From contig SVJY01000002.1 in the NCBI GenBank assembly GCA_015068765.1, forward strand, positions 2,915 through 66,914: DNA of 64,000 nucleotides, given 5' to 3'. The stretch comes from Oscillospiraceae bacterium (GTDB taxonomy: Bacteria > Bacillota > Clostridia > UMGS1883 > UMGS1540). Under the pieces are notes generated by a model. The model had not been told where the DNA came from, searched no databases, and was given only the letters and a program-made list of their open reading frames with translations. Position numbers and translations under genes: made by a program. Below are positions 27,301 to 37,353 of this stretch, piece after piece; position 1 is the first letter of the stretch, and each line of letters starts with the position of its first letter.

Positions 27301-27996
27301 CATCTTTTCCAATCGCCGCATATCAGCGGACGAAGGTGTTTCATATGCCTGAAAGGGAAAGGGGACTCCCATTGCATCATATTTCACAATGCAGAGCTTC
27401 TTAAACGGAAGGAGCTCTGTTTTTTCTATGCACGGATATTTCTGCACAATGGCAGAAAGAGCCGCAATATTTTCCGGGGTGTCGTTCAGACCCGGAACAA
27501 TCACCTGGCGGATTGTAGTGGGAATCTGCATCTTCTGGAGCAGCTGCAGAAAGGCCAGGGGTGTTTCCATGGAGCAGCCTGCATACCGGCGGTACAAGGC
27601 ATCTTCTGTAAATTTTATATCTAAAAGCACATGATCGGTGCATTTTAGAAGTACCTCCACATCGCCGTTTAGGATACTGCCTGCCGTGTCCAGACAGGTA
27701 TGGATTCCCCTTTGATGACACGCTTTGAAAAGCTTCTGCACAAAGTCTGCCTGCAGAAGCGGCTCGCCGCCGGACACGGTAATGCCGCCCTTTTCACCGA
27801 AGTAGGCTTTGTATCGTGTGGCCTTTTCGGCAAGGGCTTCGGGCATATAAACGGTGCCCTCTGTCTCCGCCCAGGTATCCGGGTTATGGCAGTAGCCGCA
27901 CCGAAGGCGACAACCCTGCATGAAAACCACAAACCGAACGCCGGGACCGTCCACCGTTCCCAGCGTCTGGATGGAGTGTACACGTCCGCCGCACAT
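27289..27996 (-). CDS. pflA: pyruvate formate-lyase activating enzyme
   Basis: 235 aa. TVDGPGVRFVVFMQGCRLRCGYCHNPDTW is the radical-SAM CxxxCxxC motif. It starts 1 nt after the pflB stop. Confidence 0.9.
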   Translation of the reverse strand: MCGGRVHSIQTLGTVDGPGVRFVVFMQGCRLRCGYCHNPDTWAETEGTVYMPEALAEKATRYKAYFGEKGGITVSGGEPLLQADFVQKLFKACHQRGIHTCLDTAGSILNGDVEVLLKCTDHVLLDIKFTEDALYRRYAGCSMETPLAFLQLLQKMQIPTTIRQVIVPGLNDTPENIAALSAIVQKYPCIEKTELLPFKKLCIVKYDAMGVPFPFQAYETPSSADMRRLEKMLNT

Positions 27997-27997
27997 C

Positions 27998-30229
27998 TTA
28001 CATCACCGCATGGAAGGTACGGCTGATTACCTCCCGTTGCTGTTCCCGGGAAAGCTTATGGAAATGCACCGCATAGCCGGAAACACGAATGGTCAGGTTT
28101 GGATACGCTTCCGGGTTTTCATAGGCATCCATGAGCATTTCCCGACGCATAACATTGACATTGATATGATGTGCACCCCGGGCAAAATAACCGTCCAGAA
28201 TGGAAACCAGATTATCCGTCTGCTCTTTTAGGGTGCGTCCCAAGGCTTCTGGGGTAATGGAGAAGGTGTTGGAAATGCCGTCACGGCAATCCTCGTAGCG
28301 GAGCTTCGCCACAGAATTGAGAGAGGCAAGTGCACCGTTTTCCTCGCGGTTATGCATGGGATTTGCACCGGGAGCAAAGGGAGCTCCCGCCGGGCGACCG
28401 TCAGGCGTGGCACCGGTATTTTTGCCATACATCACGTTCGAGGTGATGGTCAGCACAGATAGGGTATGCACAGCGTTTCGGTATGCCGGTGTCTTCCGAA
28501 GCTCGCAAATCATCTGATTGGCAAGGTCTCGGGCGATGAAATCTACCCGGTCATCATCGTTGCCGAATTTGGGGAAGTCCCCTTCCGTTTTGAAATCATA
28601 AATGTAGCCGTCCGCATTCCGAACAGGCCGCACAGTGGCGTAGCGGATTGCACTGAGGGAATCCGCCGCGACGGAAAGCCCTGCAATACCAAATGCCATA
28701 AACCGGCCCACCTCTGTATCGTGCAGAGCCATCTGGGTTTTTTCGTAGGCATATTTATCGTGCATATAGTGGATAACATTCATCGTGTTTACATAAAGGC
28801 GTGCCAGCCATTCCATATACATACCAAGCCGTTCGACAACGGTATCGTAGGAAAGGGTGTCGCCGGAAAGCACCGGGGTTTGCGGTCCGATATGTATTTG
28901 ACTTTCCGTGTCGTAGCCGCCGTTTATGGCAATCAGCAATAGCTTTGCAAGGTTTGCCCTTGCCCCGAAGAACTGCATCTGTTTTCCTACTTTCATGGCG
29001 GAAACACAGCAGGCTATGGCGTAATCGTCTCCATACAGAGGACGCATTAAGTCGTCGCTTTCATATTGAATGGAATCCGTCTCTGTGGAAACCCGGGCAC
29101 AGAATTTTTTGAATGGTACAGGTAAATCCTGCGACCAGAGCACAGTCAGGTTCGGCTCCGGGGATGTGCCGAGAGTATACAGCGTATGTAAAATTCGATA
29201 ACTGCTTTTTGTAACCAGCGTCCGTCCGTCTTCACCCATTCCGCCAACTGCTTCGGTAATCCACATGGGGTCTCCGCCGAAAAGAGCATTGTATTCCGGA
29301 GTACGCAGATGTCGGGCGAGGCGGAGCTTAATTACGAAATCGTCAATCAGCTCCTGTGCACCGGACTCGTTCAGAATACCGGCGGCAATATCCCGTTCTA
29401 TATAAATATCAAAGAAAGTGGAAACACGACCCAGGCTCATGGCGGCACCGTTTTGCTCCTTGATTGCGGCAAGATACGCAAAGTATGTCCACTGTATGGC
29501 TTCACGGGCGTTGGCGGCAGGGACACTGATGTCGTAGCCGTAGGATGCGGCCATTTCCTTCATGTAGCCAAGAAAGGCAATCTGCTGGTATAACTCCTCG
29601 TCCAGACGGATATCCTCCGCCGTCAGATTCCGGTCACAGAGGGCTGCCTTATCCTTCTTCTTTTCTGCAATCAGACGGTCCACACCGTATAGGGCGACAC
29701 GTCGGTAGTCACCAATGATGCGACCGCGACCGTACGCATCGGGCAGACCGGTAATTACATGGCATTTCCGGGCTGCACGCATTTCGTCTGTGTACGCACG
29801 ATACACGCCTTCGTTGTGGGTGGTGCGGTATTGAAACTCCTCTTCAATTTTGGAGCTTAGCTTGTAGCCGTACGCCTCACACGCCTGGCGTACCATACGC
29901 AGTCCGCCAAAGGGGTGTACACCCCGTTTTAAGGGACGATTTGTTTGCAGACCTACAATCAGCTCATTTTCACGGTCAATGTAGCCGGGGGCATAGCTGG
30001 TCAGGGAAGAAACCGTTGCAGTATCTATATCCAGCACGCCGCCGTACTGCCGTTCCAAGGTGAGTAGAGAATCGACCTTTTTCATGAGTCCTTCTGTCCG
30101 GGGTGTGGCGGCTTCTAAAAAGCCTTCATCGCCGGTATAGGGGACATAGTTTTGCTGAATAAAATCCCGGACGCAGATCTCCGTTTGCCATTTTCCGCTT
30201 GTAAAGCCTTTCCAGTTTGTATGCTCCAT
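27998..30229 (-). CDS. pflB: formate C-acetyltransferase (pyruvate formate-lyase)
   Basis: 743 aa with the glycyl radical motif [11 protein letters not shown], an internal ACCVSAM Cys-Cys site and the typical PFL N-terminus. Confidence 0.95.
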   Translation of the reverse strand: MEHTNWKGFTSGKWQTEICVRDFIQQNYVPYTGDEGFLEAATPRTEGLMKKVDSLLTLERQYGGVLDIDTATVSSLTSYAPGYIDRENELIVGLQTNRPLKRGVHPFGGLRMVRQACEAYGYKLSSKIEEEFQYRTTHNEGVYRAYTDEMRAARKCHVITGLPDAYGRGRIIGDYRRVALYGVDRLIAEKKKDKAALCDRNLTAEDIRLDEELYQQIAFLGYMKEMAASYGYDISVPAANAREAIQWTYFAYLAAIKEQNGAAMSLGRVSTFFDIYIERDIAAGILNESGAQELIDDFVIKLRLARHLRTPEYNALFGGDPMWITEAVGGMGEDGRTLVTKSSYRILHTLYTLGTSPEPNLTVLWSQDLPVPFKKFCARVSTETDSIQYESDDLMRPLYGDDYAIACCVSAMKVGKQMQFFGARANLAKLLLIAINGGYDTESQIHIGPQTPVLSGDTLSYDTVVERLGMYMEWLARLYVNTMNVIHYMHDKYAYEKTQMALHDTEVGRFMAFGIAGLSVAADSLSAIRYATVRPVRNADGYIYDFKTEGDFPKFGNDDDRVDFIARDLANQMICELRKTPAYRNAVHTLSVLTITSNVMYGKNTGATPDGRPAGAPFAPGANPMHNREENGALASLNSVAKLRYEDCRDGISNTFSITPEALGRTLKEQTDNLVSILDGYFARGAHHINVNVMRREMLMDAYENPEAYPNLTIRVSGYAVHFHKLSREQQREVISRTFHAVM

Positions 30230-30261
30230 ATGTAGCTCCTTTCCGCCGGCTTGCCGCTATC

Positions 30262-30367
30262 AAAAAAGGACAAACCAGTTCTTCCTGAAACTGATTTGCC
30301 CAGACGGTCGGCCCTTTTCACCATTACACTCCCTTGCGGTGCTCCGCAAATCCGTCAGTCATGTAAA
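30262..30367 (-). promoter_or_regulatory. ZTP (pfl-motif) riboswitch with terminator expression platform
   Basis: The minus-strand RNA reads UUACAUGACUGACGGAUUUGCGGAGCACCGCAAGGGAGUGUAAUGGUGAAAAGGGCCGACCGUCUGGGCAAAUCAGUUUCAGGAAGAACUGGUUUGUCCUUUUUU. It shows P1 (UUACAU/GUGUAA), P2 (UUGCGG/CCGCAA) and the conserved GACUGACGG...CCGACCGUCUGGGC halves. A 13-bp terminator follows, and its 5' arm overlaps the aptamer 3' end. Confidence 0.8.
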
Positions 30368-30380
30368 AGCTGTTACTGTT

Positions 30381-30409
30381 ATTTTACAACATAAGCCACC
30401 GTTTGTCAA
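30381..30409 (-). promoter_or_regulatory. sigma-A-like promoter (TTGACA-17-TAAAAT) for the ZTP leader and pflB
   Basis: On the minus strand: TTGACA (30409-30404) and TAAAAT (30386-30381). Confidence 0.5.
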
Positions 30410-30424
30410 TACAAAATCAACATT

Positions 30425-31786
30425 TTATTTTCCTAAACAGAATTTTTCAAAAATGCGGCTGATTACCTCATCGGAAACAGACAGCCCGACGATTTCGCCC
30501 AGGTATGCCGCCGCATTTTCCAAATCCACTGCTACCAGGTCTGCCGGGAATCCGTTTTCAATGGTGTTCATTGCTTCCTGGACGGCATTTCGTGCCTTCA
30601 CGGCCGCATCACGTTGTCTTGTATTTGTAAGACGGACGGCATCGGCATGACGGAGGGAATCGTCGCCCACGAAAGAATCCAGAAGGGATAAAACGGCATT
30701 TTCCAGCTCTTCCAGTCCCTCGCCGGTGGCAGCGGATATATGGATAGAGGGGGCAGAAAATTCGCCGGCATACTGTGCAAGGTCCTTTTTGTTCAGCACA
30801 ATGATGTGAGGCTTGTCCTTGACAAAGTCCAGAATTTCACGGTCTGCCGCCTCCACAAAGCGGCTGTCCAGCACCACAAGGCAGAAATCGGATTCTTTCA
30901 CATACGTGCGTGCCATTTGAATTCCCATTTTTTCCGCCTCGCCCTCGCCTTCACGAAGCCCGGCAGTGTCGCCGAATTTTACGGCAATACCGCCCATGGA
31001 GACAACCTCCTCCACGATATCCCGCGTCGTCCCTGCTATATCGGTTACGATAGCACGGTAGGAGCCTACGATGGCATTGAGTAACGAGGATTTTCCGGTG
31101 TTCGGCCGGCCTACAATGGCACAACGCACCCCTTCACGAAGTAGCTGGCCGCCCCGGGCAGATGCCACAAGCTTATCCAGTGCTTCGGAAATTTCCGTCA
31201 GCTTATCCGTAAAGGCGGAAAGGGTCAGATAGTCAATATCCTCCTCCGGGTAGTCTGCCGCCACAGAGAGCTGTGCGGTAAGGTCAATAATACTGTCGCG
31301 AATGGCGGAGATTTTTTTAGAAAGACGCCCTTCCAGCTGATTGACAGCGACGATGGCTGCCTTATCTGCGGTGGCATGAATCAAGTCGCCCACGGCCTCT
31401 GCCCGTGCAAGGTCCAGCTTGCCGTTTATAAAGGCACGCTTCGTAAATTCGCCCGGCAACGCAAGACGAGCACCGGCATCCAGCACTGCTTGCAGTACGC
31501 TTTCCGTCAGATGTGCACCGCCATGGATGTGTAGTTCGCAAACATCTTCTCCCGTAAAGGAATGGGGGGCGGGCATAGTGACACACATACCCATATCCAG
31601 TACGGTATCTCCGTTTTGTACTTTGCCGTATTGCATAAGACGTGGCTGTGCCGCACTGGGCTTATGCTTAGCGAAAAAGACCTTATCTGCAACGGGGAAG
31701 GCATCGGGACCGCTAATGCGGATTACCGCCACGCCGCCGGTTCCCCTTGGCGTGGCTACTGCCGTAATGGTATCGTCTGTTCTCAT
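30425..31786 (-). CDS. mnmE: tRNA modification GTPase
   Basis: 453 aa. DTITAVATPRGTGGVAVIRISG N-terminus, G-domain GRPNTGKSSLLN / DTAG, and the C-terminal FCLGK motif. Confidence 0.95.
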   Translation of the reverse strand: MRTDDTITAVATPRGTGGVAVIRISGPDAFPVADKVFFAKHKPSAAQPRLMQYGKVQNGDTVLDMGMCVTMPAPHSFTGEDVCELHIHGGAHLTESVLQAVLDAGARLALPGEFTKRAFINGKLDLARAEAVGDLIHATADKAAIVAVNQLEGRLSKKISAIRDSIIDLTAQLSVAADYPEEDIDYLTLSAFTDKLTEISEALDKLVASARGGQLLREGVRCAIVGRPNTGKSSLLNAIVGSYRAIVTDIAGTTRDIVEEVVSMGGIAVKFGDTAGLREGEGEAEKMGIQMARTYVKESDFCLVVLDSRFVEAADREILDFVKDKPHIIVLNKKDLAQYAGEFSAPSIHISAATGEGLEELENAVLSLLDSFVGDDSLRHADAVRLTNTRQRDAAVKARNAVQEAMNTIENGFPADLVAVDLENAAAYLGEIVGLSVSDEVISRIFEKFCLGK

Positions 31787-31840
31787 GTTCTTTCCTCCAT
31801 TAAAAGGGACTGTAAAAAAGGTGCCGGAAATCTGTCCCTA

Positions 31841-31878
31841 CAAAAGCGGAGCTGTAAAAAGTCGTTTTTACAGCTCCG
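31841..31878 (-). terminator. intrinsic terminator between jag and mnmE
   Basis: On the minus strand: CGGAGCTGTAAAAA-CGAC-TTTTTACAGCTCCG followed by CTTTTG. Confidence 0.65.
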
Positions 31879-31907
31879 GGTTTTCAATCAATATCAAAAG
31901 GTACGCC

Positions 31908-32585
31908 TTATCTGCCGCCCTTATATACAATAACAACCTTACGGTTCGGCTCTTCGCCGGTGGAATAGGTGGAAACCATAGGATCGTTTTGCAGTTCGGA
32001 GTGAATAATCCGGCGTTCGTAGGGGCTCATGGCTTCCAGCGTTACATTTCTTCTGTAACGCACAGCATTGCCTGCCAGCCTCTTTGCCAGTCTCTTCAGG
32101 GTTTCTTCTCTGCGTTTTTTGTAGTTTTCCGTATCCAGCACGATGCGGTAGTAATCTTCCGTGCGGCGGTTTACGGCAAGGCTTGTGAGATACTGCAGTG
32201 CGGACAAGGTTTCGCCACGGCGACCGATCAGGATTCCCATATCGTCACCGGTAATGTCAATTTCCACTGTATTCTCTTCGCCGGGGGTAACCGAAAGCTC
32301 GGCTTCAAGACCCATGGACAACAGAATGTGGCGGAGAAAATTCTCTGCAATTTCAGCCGGAGAAGCATTATCGGCTTTTTTAGCGGCTTCTATGGGGGCT
32401 ACAACACCGGCATCTTCTTTAACGGTAATACGGACACTTGCTTCTTTTCCGGCAAGACCCAAAAAGCCTTTTTTGCCTTCCTCCAACACCTCAACTGTGA
32501 CCATGTCTTCAGAAACAGCCAGCTCTGCCAGTGCGGCGGCTACAGCTTCATCAATGCTTTTTGCGTTTTTGATTACGCTTTTCAT
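31908..32585 (-). CDS. jag: Jag/KhpB RNA-binding protein (Jag_N, KH, R3H)
   Basis: ATG 32585 follows GGGAGG. The protein starts MKSVIKNAKSIDEAVAAALAELAV... and has a C-terminal R3H region (MSPYERRIIHSELQ). It overlaps the yidC 3' end by 35 nt. Confidence 0.8.
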   Translation of the reverse strand: MKSVIKNAKSIDEAVAAALAELAVSEDMVTVEVLEEGKKGFLGLAGKEASVRITVKEDAGVVAPIEAAKKADNASPAEIAENFLRHILLSMGLEAELSVTPGEENTVEIDITGDDMGILIGRRGETLSALQYLTSLAVNRRTEDYYRIVLDTENYKKRREETLKRLAKRLAGNAVRYRRNVTLEAMSPYERRIIHSELQNDPMVSTYSTGEEPNRKVVIVYKGGR

Positions 32586-33375
32586 GATAGGATAATCCTC
32601 CCTCGTCTTTAATTTCAACCTTAAGTATTTTCGTAAGAGCAAACTGCTGGAGCACCTGTGTTATACTGCTTACAAACCAGTACAAAGACGCACCGAGCGG
32701 CAGTGTAAATGTGAATACCAAGGTCATGATCGGCATAAAGGTCGTCATACTCTTGGACATCTGCTGTGCCTGGTCATTCCCTGCGGCAGAGTTTCCACTC
32801 ATTTTCTGTGCCGCCACACCGGAGAGGTATGTTGCGGCCGTGGCAAGCAGCGGCAGAATCCAGCTAATCAGATGTTCAAGGGTGGGGGAGAAGGTAAAAA
32901 CAGGCCTTACACCCAGATCCCACCAGAGAAAACCGGGGTTCATACTGGGGAAACCAAAGTTCATGCCGGCTTCCTTTGCCAGCTGAATCTGCGTGGCAAT
33001 GTCCTTGGCATCCGTGGCAACGCCCATGATGTAGGTTGCCGGACGATAAACAATATTAATCATAACAAGGAGAATAAGCAGCTGGAAAATCATGGGAAGA
33101 CAGCCGCCGAAGGGACTTACATCGTTCTTTCTGTAAAGCTCCATGGTTTCGCGACTGAGCTTTTCCTTGTCGTTGGGGTATTTTCTTTGCAACTCCGCAA
33201 GCTGGGGCTGCAGGCGTTGCATGGCTGACATGGAACGCTGTTGCTTGATGCCCAGAGGGAGAAGCACTACTTTCATAAAAATAGTAAAAAGAATCAGCGC
33301 AACACCATAGTTCTGTCCAAAGGTTTCGTAAATGAACTTGATGATTGAGCCGAAAAACTGATATAGCCAGTTCAT
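32551..33375 (-). CDS. yidC: membrane protein insertase YidC/SpoIIIJ
   Basis: 274 aa. LLPLGIKQQRSMSAMQRLQPQLAELQRKY and GCLPMIFQLLIL segments, with a basic C-terminal tail. Confidence 0.9.
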   Translation of the reverse strand: MNWLYQFFGSIIKFIYETFGQNYGVALILFTIFMKVVLLPLGIKQQRSMSAMQRLQPQLAELQRKYPNDKEKLSRETMELYRKNDVSPFGGCLPMIFQLLILLVMINIVYRPATYIMGVATDAKDIATQIQLAKEAGMNFGFPSMNPGFLWWDLGVRPVFTFSPTLEHLISWILPLLATAATYLSGVAAQKMSGNSAAGNDQAQQMSKSMTTFMPIMTLVFTFTLPLGASLYWFVSSITQVLQQFALTKILKVEIKDEGGLSYHEKRNQKRKKH

Positions 33376-33404
33376 TGATTTCTTCCTTTCAAAAACGATC
33401 CCGC

Positions 33405-33614
33405 CTATTTTACAGGGTCATACCCGCCGGGACTAAAGGGGTGACAACGCAAAAGCCGCCGAAGAGCCATAAAACCACCTCGGCAGGCACCATACCGTTC
33501 TATTGCTTCTGCGGCATATGCCGAACAGGAAGGATAGAACCGACAGGTCGGCTTTTTCATTGGCGAAATGTACTTTCTGTATCCGTGAATACAGAAAAGC
33601 AGAATCTTTTTCAT
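33405..33614 (-). CDS. yidD: membrane protein insertion efficiency factor
   Basis: ATG 33614 forms an ATGA overlap with the rnpA stop. The protein reads [42 protein letters not shown]. Confidence 0.85.
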   Translation of the reverse strand: MKKILLFCIHGYRKYISPMKKPTCRFYPSCSAYAAEAIERYGACRGGFMALRRLLRCHPFSPGGYDPVK

Positions 33615-33946
33615 GCGAGCAATCCACACTTTCCGAAAAGCATCCGAAGCGATGCACCGGAGGAATGGAAATCCGCTTCCGCCATACGCGTACGGGCAAC
33701 GATAACCACATCATACCCATCCCGTATTTCCGGTTCCATCAAACGGTAATTTTCTTTAATCAGACGCCGCACACGGTTTCGTGTAACGGCGTTTCCGACT
33801 TTTTTGCTGACGGTAATACCCAGGCGGCTTTGACCGTATCTGTTCTTTTTGAAGTATACGACCAAAAGGCCGGACGCCTTAGAACCGCCTTTGTAATACA
33901 AACTCCGAAATTCATGGTTTTGTCTTATCGATACCGTCTTCTTCAT
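33611..33946 (-). CDS. rnpA: ribonuclease P protein component
   Basis: 111 aa. [13 protein letters not shown]...[25 protein letters not shown]. Confidence 0.9.
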   Translation of the reverse strand: MKKTVSIRQNHEFRSLYYKGGSKASGLLVVYFKKNRYGQSRLGITVSKKVGNAVTRNRVRRLIKENYRLMEPEIRDGYDVVIVARTRMAEADFHSSGASLRMLFGKCGLLA

Positions 33947-33952
33947 AGGATA

Positions 33953-34087
33953 TTACGCACAAAGAACCTTTCTTCCTCTGCGTCTTCTTCTGGCGAGAAC
34001 CTTGCGGCCGTTAGCCGTGCTCATTCTCTTTCTGAAGCCATGCTCCTTCTTTCTGTACCGCTTGGAAGGTTGATATGTCTGAAGCAT
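33953..34087 (-). CDS. rpmH: 50S ribosomal protein L34
   Basis: Not in the ORF track because it is under 60 aa. My translation is [44 protein letters not shown] (44 aa), with RBS GGAGGTG. Confidence 0.9.
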   Translation of the reverse strand: MLQTYQPSKRYRKKEHGFRKRMSTANGRKVLARRRRRGRKVLCA

Positions 34088-34163
34088 AAGTACACCTCCT
34101 TTTGCTTTGCTTCCGCTTTCTTAGAACAATACTGTCCGTGCCCATAGGCACAAATACTATCAT

Positions 34164-34192
34164 ATTATATCGAAGTGTAAAACATTTGTCAA
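34164..34192 (-). promoter_or_regulatory. sigma-A-like promoter (TTGACA-17-TATAAT) for rpmH
   Basis: On the minus strand: TTGACA (34192-34187) and TATAAT (34169-34164). Confidence 0.6.
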
Positions 34193-34257
34193 GCATTTTT
34201 GGAAATATTTTAATTTGTGCGTAAAAATAATGGTATACAATATACTTCTATCCTCTG

Positions 34258-35472
34258 TTACAAAGGAAGCTTCGCGAGCCCTGCCTCGGCGGTTTCTTTG
34301 TAGGCTGTATGCATATCGAGCCCCGTTTCTTTCATGGTTTGTACCACCCTGTCAAAGGAAATTTTACGGGTATTCCAAAGGAGCCCGGCAAGATTGACGG
34401 CGTCGAGTGCCCGCATGGCGGCAACGGCATTCCGTTCTATACAGGGAATCTGGACGAGACCTGCGATAGGGTCACAGGTGAGCCCCAGATGATGCTCAAT
34501 GGCGATTTCTGCCGCATATTCGATTTGGTCAATGCCGAGACCGAACAGTTCGCCCAGTGCGGCGGCCGCCATGGCACAAGCAGTGCCTACCTCCGCCTGA
34601 CAGCCGCATGCCGCTCCCGAAATACAGGCGTTTGTGCGTATGAGATTACCGATCAGGCCTGCGGCGGCAAGGGGGCGGAGAAGCTGTGCATCGGTATACC
34701 CGTTTTTTTCTTGCTGGTAATACAAAACGGCAGGGAGGACGCCGGAGGCACCGCAAGTAGGTGCGGTTACGACGGTCTCGCCCGAAGCGTTCTGTTCACT
34801 GACGGCAAAGGCATATGCACTGACAAGTCGGTTTTCTCGGCTTTCGGGTATCTCGTTTTCGTAAGGGTTTTCCAGAAGGGCTTTTGCTTTTTTCTGTACC
34901 TTTAGTCCGCCGGGCAGTACGCCCTCGTCCGCAAGTCCACGTCGGACGGCACTTTTCATCGCCGTCCAGATTTCTTGCAAAAAGGACCAGAGTGCCTCCC
35001 CTTCCCGCATGGCGGCAAAGGCAGAAAGCGTCATGCCGTTTTCTTTGCAGTAGGCCGCAATTTCACAAAAGGACATTTCCGGGTATACGGAAACGAATGT
35101 ATCTGCCTGTTCACCTTCAAAGCGGATAGTACCGCCGCCGATGCTCATTGCCCGTGCCCGACCGATTTCCTCGCCCTCCTTATACGCAAATAAATCCAGG
35201 GTGTTCGGGTGGGGTAAATTCTGTGCAGCGGCATCTGCCGAAATTTCGCAGGGAAGCGGTGCGAATGTTTTCCGTATAACCGCATCCGTGCCGTGTCCCG
35301 GGCCGGTTTTGGCAAGGGAACCGTATAAAACGGCACGAAAGCTGTCTGCCGTCCGGTGCTTCTCCCGAAAAGCGTTGCACGCCCGTTCCGGTCCGATGGT
35401 GTGTGAGCTGGAAGGACCGCGACCGATTTTATATAGGGAACGCATAGATTCCATACCTGTTTTCTTTGTCAT
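34258..35472 (-). CDS. sdaA: L-serine ammonia-lyase (iron-sulfur dependent, single chain)
   Basis: ATG 35472 follows GGAGGTG. SLYKIGRGPSSSHTIGP N-terminal signature, with TAPTCGASGVLPAV and CQAEVGTAC in the alpha-domain part. Confidence 0.8.
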   Translation of the reverse strand: MTKKTGMESMRSLYKIGRGPSSSHTIGPERACNAFREKHRTADSFRAVLYGSLAKTGPGHGTDAVIRKTFAPLPCEISADAAAQNLPHPNTLDLFAYKEGEEIGRARAMSIGGGTIRFEGEQADTFVSVYPEMSFCEIAAYCKENGMTLSAFAAMREGEALWSFLQEIWTAMKSAVRRGLADEGVLPGGLKVQKKAKALLENPYENEIPESRENRLVSAYAFAVSEQNASGETVVTAPTCGASGVLPAVLYYQQEKNGYTDAQLLRPLAAAGLIGNLIRTNACISGAACGCQAEVGTACAMAAAALGELFGLGIDQIEYAAEIAIEHHLGLTCDPIAGLVQIPCIERNAVAAMRALDAVNLAGLLWNTRKISFDRVVQTMKETGLDMHTAYKETAEAGLAKLPL

Positions 35473-35575
35473 ACTTGATAACACCTCCGATTGGTGGTAG
35501 TATGCCACAAAACCGGGCACGATTACACGTTTGTTTTCGCATATGCTTACATTTAATAAAAAAAATCATAAACGG

Positions 35576-35604
35576 TTGACAAAAATGGGGAAAATATGTA
35601 TAAT
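35576..35604 (+). promoter_or_regulatory. sigma-A-like promoter (TTGACA-17-TATAAT)
   Basis: TTGACA at 35576-35581 and TATAAT at 35599-35604. Confidence 0.6.
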
Positions 35605-35631
35605 AATATGAAAGAATAGAAGAGGTGACCT

Positions 35632-36111
35632 ATGAGTACATTTCTGGACACACTTTCCAAGGAACTACAGGTGCTCTTGATGGCAATGGTTCCCGTTGTG
35701 GAATTGCGTGGGGCTATACCCTACGGTGCCGTACTGGGACTGGCACCGTGGACGGCATTTATCTGTGCCGTAATCGGTAACTGCCTGCCGGTGCCACTGA
35801 TCATTCTGCTGGCGAGGCCTTTCATCAAATACCTGAAAAAAACACGGATTTTAGGCTGGTTCGCACACTGGATGGAACGAAAGACAGAGAAGAACCGGGA
35901 TAAAATTATGAAAAGAAGTGCGTTGGGGCTGTTTCTGTTTGTGGCAATTCCCCTGCCCGGGACGGGTGCGTGGACCGGTGCACTTTGTGCGGCACTTTTG
36001 GATTTACGCTTCCGCTTTGCCCTGCCCAGCATTCTTGCCGGTGTACTGGCGGCCGGATGCATTATGACGTTTGGTACAGAAATTGTAAAATGGTTTGTCG
36101 GGCTTATATAG
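35632..36111 (+). CDS. small multidrug-export-like membrane protein (COG2426-type)
   Basis: 159 aa and 4 TM, with the VPVVELRGAIPYG motif. Confidence 0.55.
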   Translation: MSTFLDTLSKELQVLLMAMVPVVELRGAIPYGAVLGLAPWTAFICAVIGNCLPVPLIILLARPFIKYLKKTRILGWFAHWMERKTEKNRDKIMKRSALGLFLFVAIPLPGTGAWTGALCAALLDLRFRFALPSILAGVLAAGCIMTFGTEIVKWFVGLI

Positions 36112-36135
36112 CACGAAAGAAAGAAGAGGAGAATT

Positions 36136-37302
36136 ATGAAACATTATTTCACATCAGAATCGGTGACAGAGGGACATCCGGACAAGCTGTGCGATAAAAT
36201 TTCCGACAGTGTTCTGGATGCAATTATAGAGAAGGATCCGACGGCACGGGTGGCCTGTGAGGTTACGGCGACGACGGGCCTTGTGATGGTTATGGGCGAA
36301 ATTACAACGAAATGCTATGTGGATATTGCCGACATTGCCCGTAAAACAATCCGGGAAATCGGATACGATAAAACGACATATGGCTTTGACTGTGAGACCT
36401 GTGCAGTTTTAAATTGCATCCGGGAGCAGTCGCCGGATATCGCCTTGGGCGTTGACCGTTCCTTCGAGGCGAAGGAAGAAGGCGGTGTAGGACACGGTGC
36501 CGGCGACCAGGGCCTTATGTTCGGATACGCCTGTAACGAAACGGAGGAGCTGATGCCTCTGCCTATTTCCTTTGCCCATAAGCTGGCAGAGAAGCTCACC
36601 GCCGTGCGAAAAGACGGCACACTTCCGTACCTGAGACCGGACGGAAAAAGTCAGGTTACCGTGGAGTACGACGATGATAAGCCGATCCGGATTGAAGCGG
36701 TGGTCATTTCTACACAGCATGATCCGGACGTGGATATTGAAACGATCCGTGCCGATATTGTCCGGGAGGTTATTCGCCCGGTATTTCCGGCAGAATTGCT
36801 GGACGAGAATACAAAAATCTATGTAAACCCCACCGGCCGCTTTGTTATCGGCGGTCCGCACGGGGACACAGGTCTGACCGGACGAAAAATCATTGTGGAT
36901 ACCTATGGCGGCTATGCCCGTCACGGCGGCGGAGCACTCTCCGGCAAGGATGCCACAAAGGTGGACAGAACAGCGGCATATATGATGCGTTACATCGCCA
37001 AAAACATTGTGGCGGCCGGTCTTGCGAATAAATGTGAGCTGCAGGCGGCATACGCTATTGGTGTGGCACGCCCTGTTTCTCTTCGGGTGGATACCTTCGG
37101 TACAGGCTGTGTGTCCGATGAAAGACTGGCAGAAGCGGTTGAAAAGCTTTTCGATCTCCGTCCCGACGGCATGATTGCGACGCTGGACCTACTCCGTCCC
37201 ATTTACGCACGGACGGCGGCATACGGTCATTTCGGGAATGGGGAATATCCTTGGGAGAAGACGGATATGGCAGACGCAATTCGGAAAGAAGTTCTCGGGT
37301 AA
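36136..37302 (+). CDS. metK: S-adenosylmethionine synthase
   Basis: 388 aa. [43 protein letters not shown]. Confidence 0.95.
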   Translation: MKHYFTSESVTEGHPDKLCDKISDSVLDAIIEKDPTARVACEVTATTGLVMVMGEITTKCYVDIADIARKTIREIGYDKTTYGFDCETCAVLNCIREQSPDIALGVDRSFEAKEEGGVGHGAGDQGLMFGYACNETEELMPLPISFAHKLAEKLTAVRKDGTLPYLRPDGKSQVTVEYDDDKPIRIEAVVISTQHDPDVDIETIRADIVREVIRPVFPAELLDENTKIYVNPTGRFVIGGPHGDTGLTGRKIIVDTYGGYARHGGGALSGKDATKVDRTAAYMMRYIAKNIVAAGLANKCELQAAYAIGVARPVSLRVDTFGTGCVSDERLAEAVEKLFDLRPDGMIATLDLLRPIYARTAAYGHFGNGEYPWEKTDMADAIRKEVLG

Positions 37303-37353
37303 TTACACATAAAAGAATCGAGCAGCATACTATAAAAGCAGGAGGCGAATGGT

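Noticed and set aside
34088-35631. DnaA-box cluster or oriC next to rpmH.
   Set aside because: Visual scan of both intergenic regions found no TTATCCACA/TGTGGATAA-like 9-mers with one mismatch or fewer. Only ordinary promoters are present, and it needs a matrix scan to be sure.
35521-36135. SAM riboswitch upstream of metK.
   Set aside because: metK follows the small membrane-protein gene by 24 nt. The only upstream non-coding region (35521-35631) is a plain promoter plus RBS with no structured leader.
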